Source: Microbotryum violaceum (taxonomy: Eukaryota). Taken from it: a stretch of 64,000 nucleotides of DNA. Position numbers and translations under genes: made by a program. The DNA lies in NCBI GenBank assembly GCA_001244265.2, contig CDLV01000007.1, forward strand, positions 1,860,001 through 1,924,000, read 5' to 3'. How positions within the stretch are numbered: position 1 is the stretch's first letter; each line of letters opens with the position of its first letter. The notes beneath the pieces were generated by a model, which made no database searches, was not told the DNA's origin, and was given only the letters and a program-made list of their open reading frames with translations. This document shows, one piece after another, positions 37,763 to 50,283 of the stretch.

Positions 37763-40700
37763 AGCCGATGGCCTGTAGGTACCAAGAACGAATGCGCTCC
37801 GTTCCCTGACCCGGAATTGCCGTGAGCGAGAGGCCGGGCGTCATCGGCACTGTAGTGCCGCGTGTCGTGGTGTCAAAGTGGAAACGGGCTAGCACGTCCA
37901 TGATGTAGCGCTCCTGGGATAGAGCAATGGAGCCGTCGTCCAGGCGGCGGATTTGGATTCCGAGGATGTACTCCGCCGGGCCGAGTCGTTTAACGCCGTA
38001 TCGCTGTTCAAGGCCGCAGATGACACGTTTGATCTCGTCGAGGTGGGACTGACAATGAGGAGGTCGTCGACATACAAGGCGATATAGTGAGGCCGCTGCT
38101 GATCGTCAATGCGAGAGTAAATGCAGTGATCAGTGCCTGTTGCCTTGTACCCGAGATTCCTGAGTGATGTGTCAATGTGACGATTCCAGATGCGACCGGC
38201 CTGCTTGAGACCGTAGATTGAACGTCGCAGCCGGAGAACCTTATCGCTCGGGAAGTCGAAACCTCGTGGTGTCGTCATCCAGATATCATGATCGAGCTCG
38301 CCGTGGAGGTAAGCCTTGTCAATGTCGGCCTGATGAACGTGGTAGCCGTTGGCAGCGGCAAGAGCCAAGAGGCAGCCAATGGAGGAGAAGCGGGCGACGG
38401 GTGCGAAGGTTTCTGAGAAGTCGATGCCGTTGCGCTGTCGGTTACCCTGCGCTACAAGACGTGCCTTCCGCCCCGTGACTTCACCGCTGGCGTTGCGCTT
38501 GGTCTTCCAGACGAATTTGGAGGTGACGATGGTGGCGCCCGGCGGTACGGATGAGCGAGGCTCGATGGTGAACACCTTGAAGTCGTCGTGCATGGCGGTG
38601 AACTTGGTGGCGGCAGCCTCAGCCCAGATGTTGTGCTCGTCGCTGGACATTGCTTCGCGCCAGGTTTGGGGGTTGCTAGTGATCGATTTGACGGGCTCGA
38701 TGGCGTCGAGGGTGGGGTCGTCGTCGTCTGTGGCGATGAAAGCGCGGTGGTGACGAGAGAGGAAATCGATCTCATCGGGGAGTCGTCATCGGAGGGCTGC
38801 CCAACGGGGTCAACGGCTGGTGCCTGCGTCTCTGGTGTGTCGTCGTCGGATCAATGCACGTCCATCAGGTTGAGGCAAACCGCGGTGTTGGAGCTGAGGA
38901 GATCAAGCGGGTCATCCGAGTCATTGAGGGACGGATCCCTGGCCGAGGACGTGGCCGGCGACAAAAATGGGGAAAGCGATGGAGACAACGAAGAGCGAGT
39001 GTCTGTAGAATTAAGTAAGGATCCGCCAGTGTACCCTGGGGCCACGTCAACGGCGCTCATGGCAGAATCATCAAGGGAGGATGAGACGTCCATGTGCGCC
39101 GACCTTACTAGTGGGTCCTCGTCTTGACGGCAGGGGCGGGCGTGTCGGCGGGAACGACGAACTGACGGTCGGTGTCGTCCGCATCGACGGGCGTGGTGAC
39201 TGGCAGGCCGGGGAAGTCGTTGTCGAGGAAGGTGGCATTGCGACCAAGCACAATCTTATTGATGGAATGGTCAAAGAAACGGAAAGCTTTGGAGGCGAGG
39301 TCGTAACCTGTGAAGATCACGCGCGCGGCCTTGGGGTCGAGCTTGCTGCGACGGTCCGGGGCGACCGTGAGCCAGGCTGTGCAGCCGAACGGGTGGAGGG
39401 CGGTGGCGGTGGTGCGTTGGCCGTTCCAAACGAATTCTGGAGTCTGTTTGGCCAAAGCTGAGTGTGAGCATCTGTTTTTGCAATAAACGAAATACGCAGC
39501 CGCTTCATCCCAAAAGGTGGCCGGCAGACGGGCGTCCGCAAGGAGAGCGAGGACGCCCTCGACGATGGAGAGGTTGACACGTTCAGCGCGACCGTTTTGC
39601 TGAGGCGTGTAAGGGATAGAATATTGGTGACGTATGCCCTTGGACTTGCAGAACTCCGTAAATGCGTTTGATCGATACTCCCCGCCATTGTCGGTTCGAA
39701 GGATTCTCAAACGCGCGTTCGTCGCTAACTCCACTTCGGCGAGCCAAGTCTGGAAGATCGGGAAGACGTCGCTCTTGTGATCGATCGCATATGCCCAGAG
39801 TTTGCGAGAGTGGTCGTCGAGGAATGTGACAAGGTAGCGCTTCCCGGTCAAGGACGGAGTGGGAAACAACAGGACATCGCTGTGCACGAGGCCAAGTCTC
39901 TCGGGGGAATGCAACTCAGAGTCAGGAAAAGGGAGACGGTGGCCTTTGGAACCAAGGCAAGCATTGCAAACAAACTCTTCCACGTCTTTGTCACTGTACC
40001 CGGCCCCAAACCCGTCCAGCAAACCTGCAGCAATCATCTTCTGTATAGAGGATGGGGCAAGATGGCCGAGGCAGCGGTGTAGGGTAAGCAGGGGCACGGG
40101 GGACTCAGAGCGTGAGAGAAAGGCAAGATGCTGACACTTGGTGTGATCCGCGTCCAAAAGGTAAAGACCATTGTTGACCCTGGTACCGTGAGCGATGGCC
40201 TGGCCGTCCTTGGTGATGTCGATGCCGTCGCTGGTGAAGGTGAGGCGAACCCGGTCGGTGTCGCAGAGGCGAGCGACAGAGAGGAGGTTGACGTGGAGGC
40301 CAGGCGTGTGGAGAACGCCACGGAGTGTGATCGGGTGTCCAGTCTTGGCGACGAATGCCACGTCCCCCATGCCAATAGCCGTGATGCCACCCGCGATGCC
40401 GCCGATCTTGGTGTGTGCCGTCTGACGATAAGTCGTGAACAGAGATCGGTTGGCGACCATGTGTGTCGTGGCGCCCAAATCGACTACAAAGGCGTCAGTT
40501 GGGAGTTGGCGACGAGCGAACAGGCAGGAGGCGAAATAGCCGACGTTCGGTTGCAAAGCCGCGGAGGAAGACGTGTCGTCCTGGGTGTCGTCGCTGCGAC
40601 GTGCCTGTTCACCCGGTTCTTGCAGTCAAGTGCCCAGTGACCTTTCTTGTGGCATTGGCGGCAGGGGCCGGTGGGCGGGTGCTTCGCACGTGAAGTGCAG

Positions 40701-41336
40701 TCGCGCAGGCGGTGACCGGGAGCGCGGCAGGCGGGGCAGGGGGAGCTGGTGGCAAGCATGGCCGAATGCGAGGTCGAGAGTCCTGCCGAATGAAGCTGGA
40801 TGCGAATGCGGTCCGTAAGCGTCGTGAGTTCGGGAAGGTCGCGTCGGTTTCGCTGCTCGTCCGTGAACGTGAGTCGGAAGCTGTCGAGGCAAGACGGGAC
40901 CATGGCGAGCACGTGGGTGGCGAGCACGTCGTTGAGCAATGTTTTGGCGTCGCGTATTTCCTGAGCAATCGACATATACTCGCGTAGCCAAGTGTCGTAG
41001 GCCTCGACGGAGGCAGGCATCTTCCTGAAGTCCCAAAGGCGAGCGAACAACTCGAGACTGCGTGTAGCGTCGTCCGGTGCAAAACGAGCCTTGAGAGCGG
41101 CAAAGATGCGCGGTGCCGACAGGTCGTCGCTGGGGATGGCGTCGAGGGTGGCCAATACGTCGGCGGAGTCGATCGAGCCAACGATGATTTCCCGGGCGGC
41201 GTCGTCACGGGCGGCTAGCTGGTCGGCGGTCCAGGTCGGGGCATGACACCGTCGAGAACGTAACCGCGAACCTGGTTGGGGAGCGCAAGACGGAGTTGAC
41301 GCAACCAGTTGGTGAACGACTTGGGGCCGTCCAGAC
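37763..41336 (-). pseudogene. Degenerate Copia internal region (gag-protease-integrase-RT), no LTRs retained
   Basis: ORFs 40484-41155, 39108-40556 (LRTDNGGEY) and 37889-38650 (YVDDLL) homologous to 17338-24046. Confidence 0.9.
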
Positions 41337-44300
41337 TGTAAGAGTTACAACTCTTTGTATTTCCTTCTCACACCGTCTCACCCTTTCTCTGCCTTATTCT
41401 TTCTGTGATTTTTGGCCTTTCCCTTCACCCTGCTCTCCCATCTCTGGGCTGGGTCTGTGCACCTGCATCAAGCGCACGGACCAAGCCATGCTCTGCCTGG
41501 CTCCCTCTATCTTCAGGCTGGGTCCGTGCGCTTAACACTGGGGCACGGACCTGGTTGCGCACTACCCCAGCGAACTGGCTCCGCGCTTCTCTCTCTCCTG
41601 CTTAAGCAACTTCATTGGTCTGGTCTCCCTGGTCCGTCGATCAGAGACTCACCACCGCTTGAGCAGGTGTGTAAGCTCAAGCAACTTCATTGGTCTGGTC
41701 TCCCTGGTCCGTCGATCAGAGACTCACCACCGCTTGAGCAGTTGTGTGGTTCATAGGTTATAAGCCACAACAAGCTACCAGCGCGGTCACCTCCGTGCCC
41801 GCCCTCGTCGTCGTTTTTTTTTTTTTTCGCGCTTCGCACGACTCAGCCTCGCCCTGCACCCTGCACGCCTGGCATGTCCGACGACGCCAAGTCCTTAACG
41901 CCTGGCATGTCCGACGACGCCAAGTCCTTAACGCTCGCGGTCCCCCACCGCGCCCTCCCACACAGGTCGCAGCCTTCGCTGTTTCCGACCTTCTGCGCGA
42001 CACCAACGGCTATCAAGACTGGGTCCTGACGCTATGCTCCCGTCTACCCTCCGACGTTATCGACTACCTTCAGTCTGGCGTCCCTTCGTCGTCCTGGCCG
42101 CCATCTTACGTTTCATTATGGGATCACTACGCCCGCGCCTCGATCTGCGCCGCCGTCGACCCTCGGATGGTTCTTCCCGGCCTCTCGCAATACTTCGGCG
42201 ACCCTCGCAGCGGTCACAAGATTTGGGTAGCTCTGCGCATGCGATATGGCGCTGTTTCGGCGGTCGATCTTCTCCCTGTCATCTCTCGACTCTTCAGTCC
42301 CGACCCTATGCCCGACACCGTCGACAAGTTCCTTCAGTTTCGCGACCGATTCGAGAACGACTCCCGCCTCCTCGACGACTCAAAGGTGACGACGGACTCC
42401 CTACTAGCGTCACACTTGCTCGCCCGGATGCCCTCCTCCCTCTCCGCCTGGCGCACTACGTTTGTCAATTCTCAGGGCACATCCCGTACACTGCCCCCTG
42501 CCGCCGAGATCCTCGACCGTATCTACCGCGAGATCAAGGCTCGTCCGGTCGACTCCCCCGTTGCCGCCACTACCACCTCTCAGCAACGCGTTCCCCATAG
42601 CCCTTGCCCCAACCCCTCTTGCCGAAAGATGCACTGGCTTCGGGACTGTCCCGACACCGCCTGGGCCGCCGCCTTCCGCGCCTGCAAGGCTGCCGCCGGA
42701 GCGACTTCGCGAAATCACAAGAAGGGTTCCCGCGCCGTCGCCTCTCCTGCTGTCACCTCCCCTGCCGTCGACGAGAAGTCAGAACCCGCCACCTTCACAG
42801 CGTGCCTCCTCGCCACCCCGTCTTCCTTTCCTAAGTCGGCTTGGCTCCTCGACTCCGGCGCTAATCGCCACATGGCCAACGACAGCCAGCTCTTCTCCAC
42901 CCTCCGGCCGTTCGCTGGCCCGCACGTTGCTGGAGTTGCCGGTTCTCTTCCGTCCACCGGTTGTGGCTCCGTCTGCCTCTCGACGTCAGCTGGCCCCGTT
43001 GTAGCGACCGACGTCCTCTTGGTACCTTCGCTCCCGTGCAACTTATTATCGGTCCGCCGTCTGGATTGACTCGGCTTCACCACCTCCTTCGGTTCCGGCC
43101 GCGCCACGATCCACAACTCCTCAGGCACCATCGTCGCCACGGCACAAGCAATCACAAATGACCTTTACGCGTTAACTGTCGCACCCTCACCCTGTATGCC
43201 CAATGCCCTCCTAGCCACCCCTCACAGAGTTTCCTTACTGACTATGCACCGTCGCTTCGCACATTTACCCGTCGCGCAACTCAAGAGCGTCGTGCAGAAA
43301 GGTTTGGTCACTGGGGTGGATTGGGTATATTCAGAGGAAGAGGTTAGGTCTTTCAATTGCAATGCTTGTCTCGCTTCCAAAGCGCATGCCCTCCCTTTTG
43401 CTCGTTCCAAGTCCATTGCATCCGGTCGCCTGGACCTCGTCCACGTCGACGTCGCCCAAATGCCTCGGGCCAGCTTCGGCGGTCATCGCTACATGCTTGT
43501 GATTGTCGACGACTACACCCGCAAACATTGGTGCATCCTCCTCACTCACAAAAGTGACGTCTTTCACCGTCTCCGCGCCTGGATTCTTGAGGTAGAGAAC
43601 GTCACGGGTGACCGGGTAAAGACTATTCGCTCCGACAATGGTGGCGAGTTCACTCTTCGGAACTTTGTCGATTTCTGTGTGGCCAAGGGTATACGTCGCG
43701 AGCTCACTATTCCGTACACCCCTCAACAAAACGGACGTGTTGAACGCACCAACCGCACCATCAAAGAGGGTATCCTTGCTTTACTCTACTCGGCAGGTGC
43801 TGACACGCGCCTCTGGGCTGAGGCCGCCACGTACTTCGTACACTGCAAGAACTTGATGCCGCACGCAGGCATTCGCGGTGATATCCCTGACACTCGTTGG
43901 TATGGCATTGCACCGGATGTATCCTCATTACGTGCCTTCGGTTGTCGTGCGTGGCACTACCTTCCCTCGGTTAAGCGCACCGCCCTCGATCCAAGGCTGT
44001 GCCGCTCATGTTCGTAGGGCTCGACGACCACGCAAAGGCGTATCGCCTATTCGACCCGGCTACACGCAAAATCCTCCTCAGTCGCAACGTCGTCTTTCGC
44101 GAATCCGAGTTCCCTGCCTTGCAGAGCGTGGTCGACACCCACACTGGCACCACTCCACTTCCTGTGGCCGCCGACATTCACCCCGACCAGGTAGACCACT
44201 CTGAGCCGTCGCTCGTTGCTTCCCCTCACTCTCTTGCGCCTCGTGCCGAGTCCCGGACCCTATCGACCTCTTGCCGCGCTCGAGTGATCTCGCTTCCTTC

Positions 44301-46948
44301 TGTCTCGCACCCGAATTCCCTGACGATCTGGATGACGCTCTCCACTCCCCTCCACCCGTCGCCTACCTCGCCTCCGGCGCTGCCGCTCTGCTCAACAACG
44401 CGCCTCCGGACTCGACAGAGCTGATCGCACCCGCCCGCGATCCCCCTCACTGGCGTGCTGCGATGGCAACCCCGCAAGCTGACGAGTGGCGTCTCGCCGC
44501 CCAGGCCGAATTCGACTCACTCTCCCGCGATTTCTCTGCCTTCACACCAATTGATGAGTCCCTCGTGCCTGCAGATGCCAAGATCCTCGGCTCGCGATTT
44601 GTCTTCCGCACGAAACGCGACCAGCACGGCCAGGTCAAGTCTTACAAAGGCCGACTGGTTGCTCGTGGTGACTCCCAGCGCTCGGGCATCGATTTCGACG
44701 AGACCTTCGCACCCGTCGCCAAGTTCACGTCTATTCGCGCACTCCTGGCCCTCGCAGCCGCGCACGGGTACCATGTCCATCAGGCAGACATTGACAAAGC
44801 CTACCTCCATGGCAAATTGGACAAACCACTCTACATTCGGGTGCCCGATGGTATCTATATGCCAGGCAAGGTTCTCCAGCTGCACCGCTCGCTCTACGGC
44901 TTGCGCCAAGCTGGACGCATTTGGAACGACGAGATCGACTCGGCCCTGTCGGCTCTCGGCTATGCTGCCACCGAGTCTGACCACTGCGTTTACGTTCGGA
45001 CGGCCGGTGATGAGCGCCACTACATCGCACTTTACGTCGATGACTTGCTCATGATCAGCCCTTCCCTCCCAGAGATCGAGCGTACTCTCCAGGGTCTCGA
45101 GCAGCGGTACGGTGTCAAACGACTCGGTGAGGCAGAGTACATCCTGGGTATCCAAATTCGGCGCTCCGACGATGGCTCCATCACCCTCAGCCAGGAGCAG
45201 TACCTCAAGGACGTCCTCGCCCGCTTCGGTATGTCTGATGCCCACCCTGTCGCCACACCCATGCAGCCCGATCTCCGCCTCGAAGTCGAGCTCCAGCCCA
45301 CCCCTTTCCCGGATCGCACTCGGTACTTGCAGGCGATTGGCTCCCTCATGTACGCTTCTACCGGCACACGTCCCGACCTGGCCTACACCGTCGGCTATCT
45401 GGCTCGCTTCTCTCGGGCACCATCCACCGCTGCCTGGGGCGCAATCAAGCACGCCTTCCGCTACGTCGCCGGTACTCTCTCTCATGGCTTACACTTCGCT
45501 CATGGCGCCTCGCCTCCCTTGGTCGGCTACTCGGACTGCAACTGGGGTGCATGCCTCTCCTCCTCCAAATCGACCATGGGTTACAATTTTATCTATGCAG
45601 GCGCCGCCGTCTCTTGGTCCTCTCGCCTGCAGTCACGGGTTGCCGATTCTACTTGCGACGCTGAGTACCTAGGTCTGTCCCATGCCGGCAAGGAGGCCAT
45701 CTTTCTGCGTCAACTCTTTGGTGAGCTTGGGCTCTCCTCTTCAGAGCCTGTCCTCATTTACGGTGATAATCAGGGTGCCAATGCTCTCACCAAGAATCCC
45801 GTCTTCCATGCTCGCACTCGGCACATTCGACTTCGGGAACACTTCGTTCGGGATATGGTCTCCCTGGGTGACATTGTCATCCAATACATCACCACCAGTG
45901 AGATGACGGCCGATATCTTCACCAAGGCCTTATCTCGCGACCTCTTTGCTCGATGTGACAAGTCCACTCTCAGCTCGGCAGAGGCGCCTCGGTCGGTGCG
46001 CGCACCGCTAGCCCGCCCCCCTGCGCTGGGGACTTAGACGCGCGCGACTGACTCAGCGCGCCAGCGCCGGGTGGGTCCGTGCGCGTGCCCACTAGGCCGC
46101 CCCTTGCGGTGGGGACTTAGGCGCGCGCGACTGCGTTAGCGCGCTAGCAACTTCACCCGCGACTGGGCCTATCCCAGCGCGGGTCCCCTTTCTATTTCTT
46201 AGCTTCCCTCTCACCACTTCTGTTCAACAATCGACCTCTCCTGACAGTAGTGGTGATTGTCTCATAGGTATGCTGAAATAGACCACTTCTGTTCAACAAT
46301 CGACCTCTCCTGACAGTAGTGGTGATTGTCTCATACTCGACACCGTGGCCGACTTGGTGTCTGTGCTCCCTGATGCTCGAAGTAGGGGGGTGTAAGAGTT
46401 ACAACTCTTTGTATTTCCTTCTCACACCGTCTCACCCTTTCTCTGCCTTATTCTTTCTGTGATTTTTGGCCTTTCCCTTCACCCTGCTCTCCCATCTCTG
46501 GGCTGGGTCTGTGCACCTGCATCAAGCGCACGGACCAAGCCATGCTCTGCCTGGCTCCCTCTATCTTCAGGCTGGGTCCGTGCGCTTAACACTGGGGCAC
46601 GGACCTGGTTGCGCACTACCCCAGCCAACTGGCTCCGCGCTTCTCTCTCTCCTGCTCAAGCAACTTCATTGGTCTGGTCTCCTTGGTCCGTTGATCAGAG
46701 ACTCACCACCGCTTGAGCAGGTGAGCACTACACTTCCTAGTACCTCTCTCACTTTGATAGCCAGGGTAACTTACTGTAGCATCTGAGCAGGTGTGTGCAA
46801 AGCAACTTCATTGGTCTGGTCTCCTTGGTCCGTTGATCAGAGACTCACCACCGCTTGAGCAGGTGTGTGCAAAGCAACTTCATTGGTCTGGTCTCCTTGG
46901 TCCGTTGATCAGAGACTCACCACCGCTTGAGCAGTTGTGTGCATCATA
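41337..46948 (+). mobile_element. Full-length chimeric Copia family C element (LTRs 41337-41755 and 46391-46948) with premature stop, linker deletion and nested solo LTR-A
   Basis: PBS at 41756; gag-protease 41744-43069, integrase 43196-44424, RT/RNase H 44271-46037. From 44246 onward it is essentially identical to the copy 9,218 bp downstream. Confidence 0.92.
45954..46335 (+). mobile_element. Solo LTR family A, TSD CTCGA, inserted in the RNase H C-terminus
   Basis: CTCGA|TGTGACAAG...TCTCATA|CTCGA; the host ORF resumes as HRGRLGVCAP*. Confidence 0.95.
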
Positions 46949-48337
46949 ATAGGGTGCCGGCAACGTAGCGGAAGGCGTGCTTGATCGCACCCCAGGCAGC
47001 AGCAGACGGTGAACGAGAGAAGCGAGCCAGATATCCGACGGTGTAGGCGAGGTCGGGACGTGTACCGGTAGAAGCATACATAAGAGAGCCGATCGCTTGC
47101 AGGTACCGAGTTCGATCCGGGAATGGGGTGGGTTGGAGTTCGACTTCGAGGCGGAGATCGGGCTGCATGGGTGTAGCGACAGAGTGAGCATCGGACATAC
47201 CGAAGCGAGCAAGAACGTCCTTGAGGTACTGCTCCTGACTGAGAGTGATGGAGCCGTCGTTGGAGCGCCGAATTTGGATGCCGAGGATGTATTCTGCCTG
47301 ACCAAGTTGTTTGACGCCGTAACGCTGCTCGAGACCGTGGAGGGTACGCTCGATCTCTGGGAGAGAAGGGCTGATCATGAGCAAGTCGTCAACGTAGAGC
47401 GCAATATAGTGACGCTCATCACCGGCCGCCCGAACGTAAACGCAGTGGTCCGACTCCGTGGCGGTGTAGCCGAGAGCCGACAAGGCAGAGTCGATCTCGT
47501 CGTTCCAAATACGTCCAGCCTGGCGCAAGCCGTAGAGAGAGCGGTGCAGCTGGAGAACCTTGCCCGGCATGTAGACTCCATCGGGTACGCGAATGTAGAG
47601 TGGCTTGTCCAATTTACCGTGGAGGTAGGCCTTGTCAATGTCGGCCTGATGAATGTGGTAACCATGGACGGCTGCGAGGGCGAGGAGTGAGCGAATGGAT
47701 GTGAACTTAGCGACGGGTGCGAAGGTCTCTTCAAAATCGATGCCCGAGCGCTGAGAGTCGCCACGGGCAACAAGTCGGCCTTTGTAAGACTTGACCTGAC
47801 CGTGCTGGTCGCGTTTCGTACGGAAGACGAATCGAGAGCCAAGGATCCTAGCATCTGCAGGCACGAGGGACTCATCAATTGGTGTGAAAGCGGAGAAATC
47901 GCGAGAAAGTGAGTCGAATTCGGCCTGGGCAGCGAGACGCCACTCGTCAGCTTGAGGGGTTGCCATGGCAGCACGCCAGTGAGGGGGATCCCGGGCGGGC
48001 GCGATCAGTTCCGTCGAGTCCGTAGGCGCGGTGTTGAGCAAGGCGACGGCGCCGGAGGCAAGGTGGGCAACAGGTGGAGGCGAGTGGAGGGCGTCGTCCA
48101 GGTCGTCGGGGAATTCAGGTGCGAGACAGACGGAAGCAATATCACCCGAGCGTGGCAAGAGGTCGATAGGGTCGGGGGACTCGGATCGAGCGGGCGAGGA
48201 CGGCGCGGGCAACGGACGTGGCACCACCGGTCGAGGGGATGGACAAGGCGTGGAGATTGCCGAGTCGGAGCTGCCCTGGTCAGAGGCGTGGGTGGCGGGG
48301 GAGTACTGGTCAGGGAGGCCACCCGTACGGTTGATGA
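46949..48337 (-). pseudogene. Inverted family C linker-RT fragment (repeated at 48896-50283, 56167-57554 and 58113-59501)
   Basis: 427-aa ORF 46944-48227 with RT motifs, bounded on both sides by + strand LTR-C. Confidence 0.92.
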
Positions 48338-50283
48338 TGTAAGAGTTACAACTCTTTGTATTTCCTTCTCACACCGTCTCACCCTTTCTCTGCCTTATTC
48401 TTTCTGTGATTTTTGGCCTTTCCCTTCACCCTGCTCTCCCATCTCTGGGCTGGGTCTGTGCACCTGCATCAAGCGCACGGACCAAGCCATGCTCTGCCTG
48501 GCTCCCTCTATCTTCAGGCTGGGTCCGTGCGCTTAACACTGGGGCACGGACCTGGTTGCGCACTACCCCAGCCAACTGGCTCCGCGCTTCTCTCTCTCCT
48601 GCTCAAGCAACTTCATTGGTCTGGTCTCCTTGGTCCGTTGATCAGAGACTCACCACCGCTTGAGCAGGTGAGCACTACACTTCCTAGTACCTCTCTCACT
48701 TTGATAGCCAGGGTAACTTACTGTAGCATCTGAGCAGGTGTGTGCAAAGCAACTTCATTGGTCTGGTCTCCTTGGTCCGTTGATCAGAGACTCACCACCG
48801 CTTGAGCAGGTGTGTGCAAAGCAACTTCATTGGTCTGGTCTCCTTGGTCCGTTGATCAGAGACTCACCACCGCTTGAGCAGTTGTGTGCATCATAATAGG
48901 GTGCCGGCAACGTAGCGGAAGGCGTGCTTGATCGCACCCCAGGCAGCAGCAGACGGTGAACGAGAGAAGCGAGCCAGATATCCGACGGTGTAGGCGAGGT
49001 CGGGACGTGTACCGGTAGAAGCATACATAAGAGAGCCGATCGCTTGCAGGTACCGAGTTCGATCCGGGAATGGGGTGGGTTGGAGTTCGACTTCGAGGCG
49101 GAGATCGGGCTGCATGGGTGTAGCGACAGAGTGAGCATCGGACATACCGAAGCGAGCAAGAACGTCCTTGAGGTACTGCTCCTGACTGAGAGTGATGGAG
49201 CCGTCGTTGGAGCGCCGAATTTGGATGCCGAGGATGTATTCTGCCTGACCAAGTTGTTTGACGCCGTAACGCTGCTCGAGACCGTGGAGGGTACGCTCGA
49301 TCTCTGGGAGAGAAGGGCTGATCATGAGCAAGTCGTCAACGTAGAGCGCAATATAGTGACGCTCATCACCGGCCGCCCGAACGTAAACGCAGTGGTCCGA
49401 CTCCGTGGCGGTGTAGCCGAGAGCCGACAAGGCAGAGTCGATCTCGTCGTTCCAAATACGTCCAGCCTGGCGCAAGCCGTAGAGAGAGCGGTGCAGCTGG
49501 AGAACCTTGCCCGGCATGTAGACTCCATCGGGTACGCGAATGTAGAGTGGCTTGTCCAATTTACCGTGGAGGTAGGCCTTGTCAATGTCGGCCTGATGAA
49601 TGTGGTAACCATGGACGGCTGCGAGGGCGAGGAGTGAGCGAATGGATGTGAACTTAGCGACGGGTGCGAAGGTCTCTTCAAAATCGATGCCCGAGCGCTG
49701 AGAGTCGCCACGGGCAACAAGTCGGCCTTTGTAAGACTTGACCTGACCGTGCTGGTCGCGTTTCGTACGGAAGACGAATCGAGAGCCAAGGATCCTAGCA
49801 TCTGCAGGCACGAGGGACTCATCAATTGGTGTGAAAGCGGAGAAATCGCGAGAAAGTGAGTCGAATTCGGCCTGGGCAGCGAGACGCCACTCGTCAGCTT
49901 GAGGGGTTGCCATGGCAGCACGCCAGTGAGGGGGATCCCGGGCGGGCGCGATCAGTTCCGTCGAGTCCGTAGGCGCGGTGTTGAGCAAGGCGACGGCGCC
50001 GGAGGCAAGGTGGGCAACAGGTGGAGGCGAGTGGAGGGCGTCGTCCAGGTCGTCGGGGAATTCAGGTGCGAGACAGACGGAAGCAATATCACCCGAGCGT
50101 GGCAAGAGGTCGATAGGGTCGGGGGACTCGGATCGAGCGGGCGAGGACGGCGCGGGCAACGGACGTGGCACCACCGGTCGAGGGATGGACAAGGCGTGGA
50201 GATTGCCGAGTCGGAGCTGCCCTGGTCAGAGGCGTGGGTGGCGGGGGAGTACTGGTCAGGGAGGCCACCCGTACGGTTGATGA

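Noticed and set aside
44517-45485. Long antisense ORFs (322 aa here, 33634-34602, 3787-4761 and others)
   Set aside because: Shadow frames of GC-rich coding sequence with no recognisable motifs; their recurrence just follows the repeats.
46657-46934. CRISPR-like repeat-spacer pattern in LTRs
   Set aside because: Eukaryotic context, 50-72-nt units inside LTRs, no unique spacers and no cas genes.
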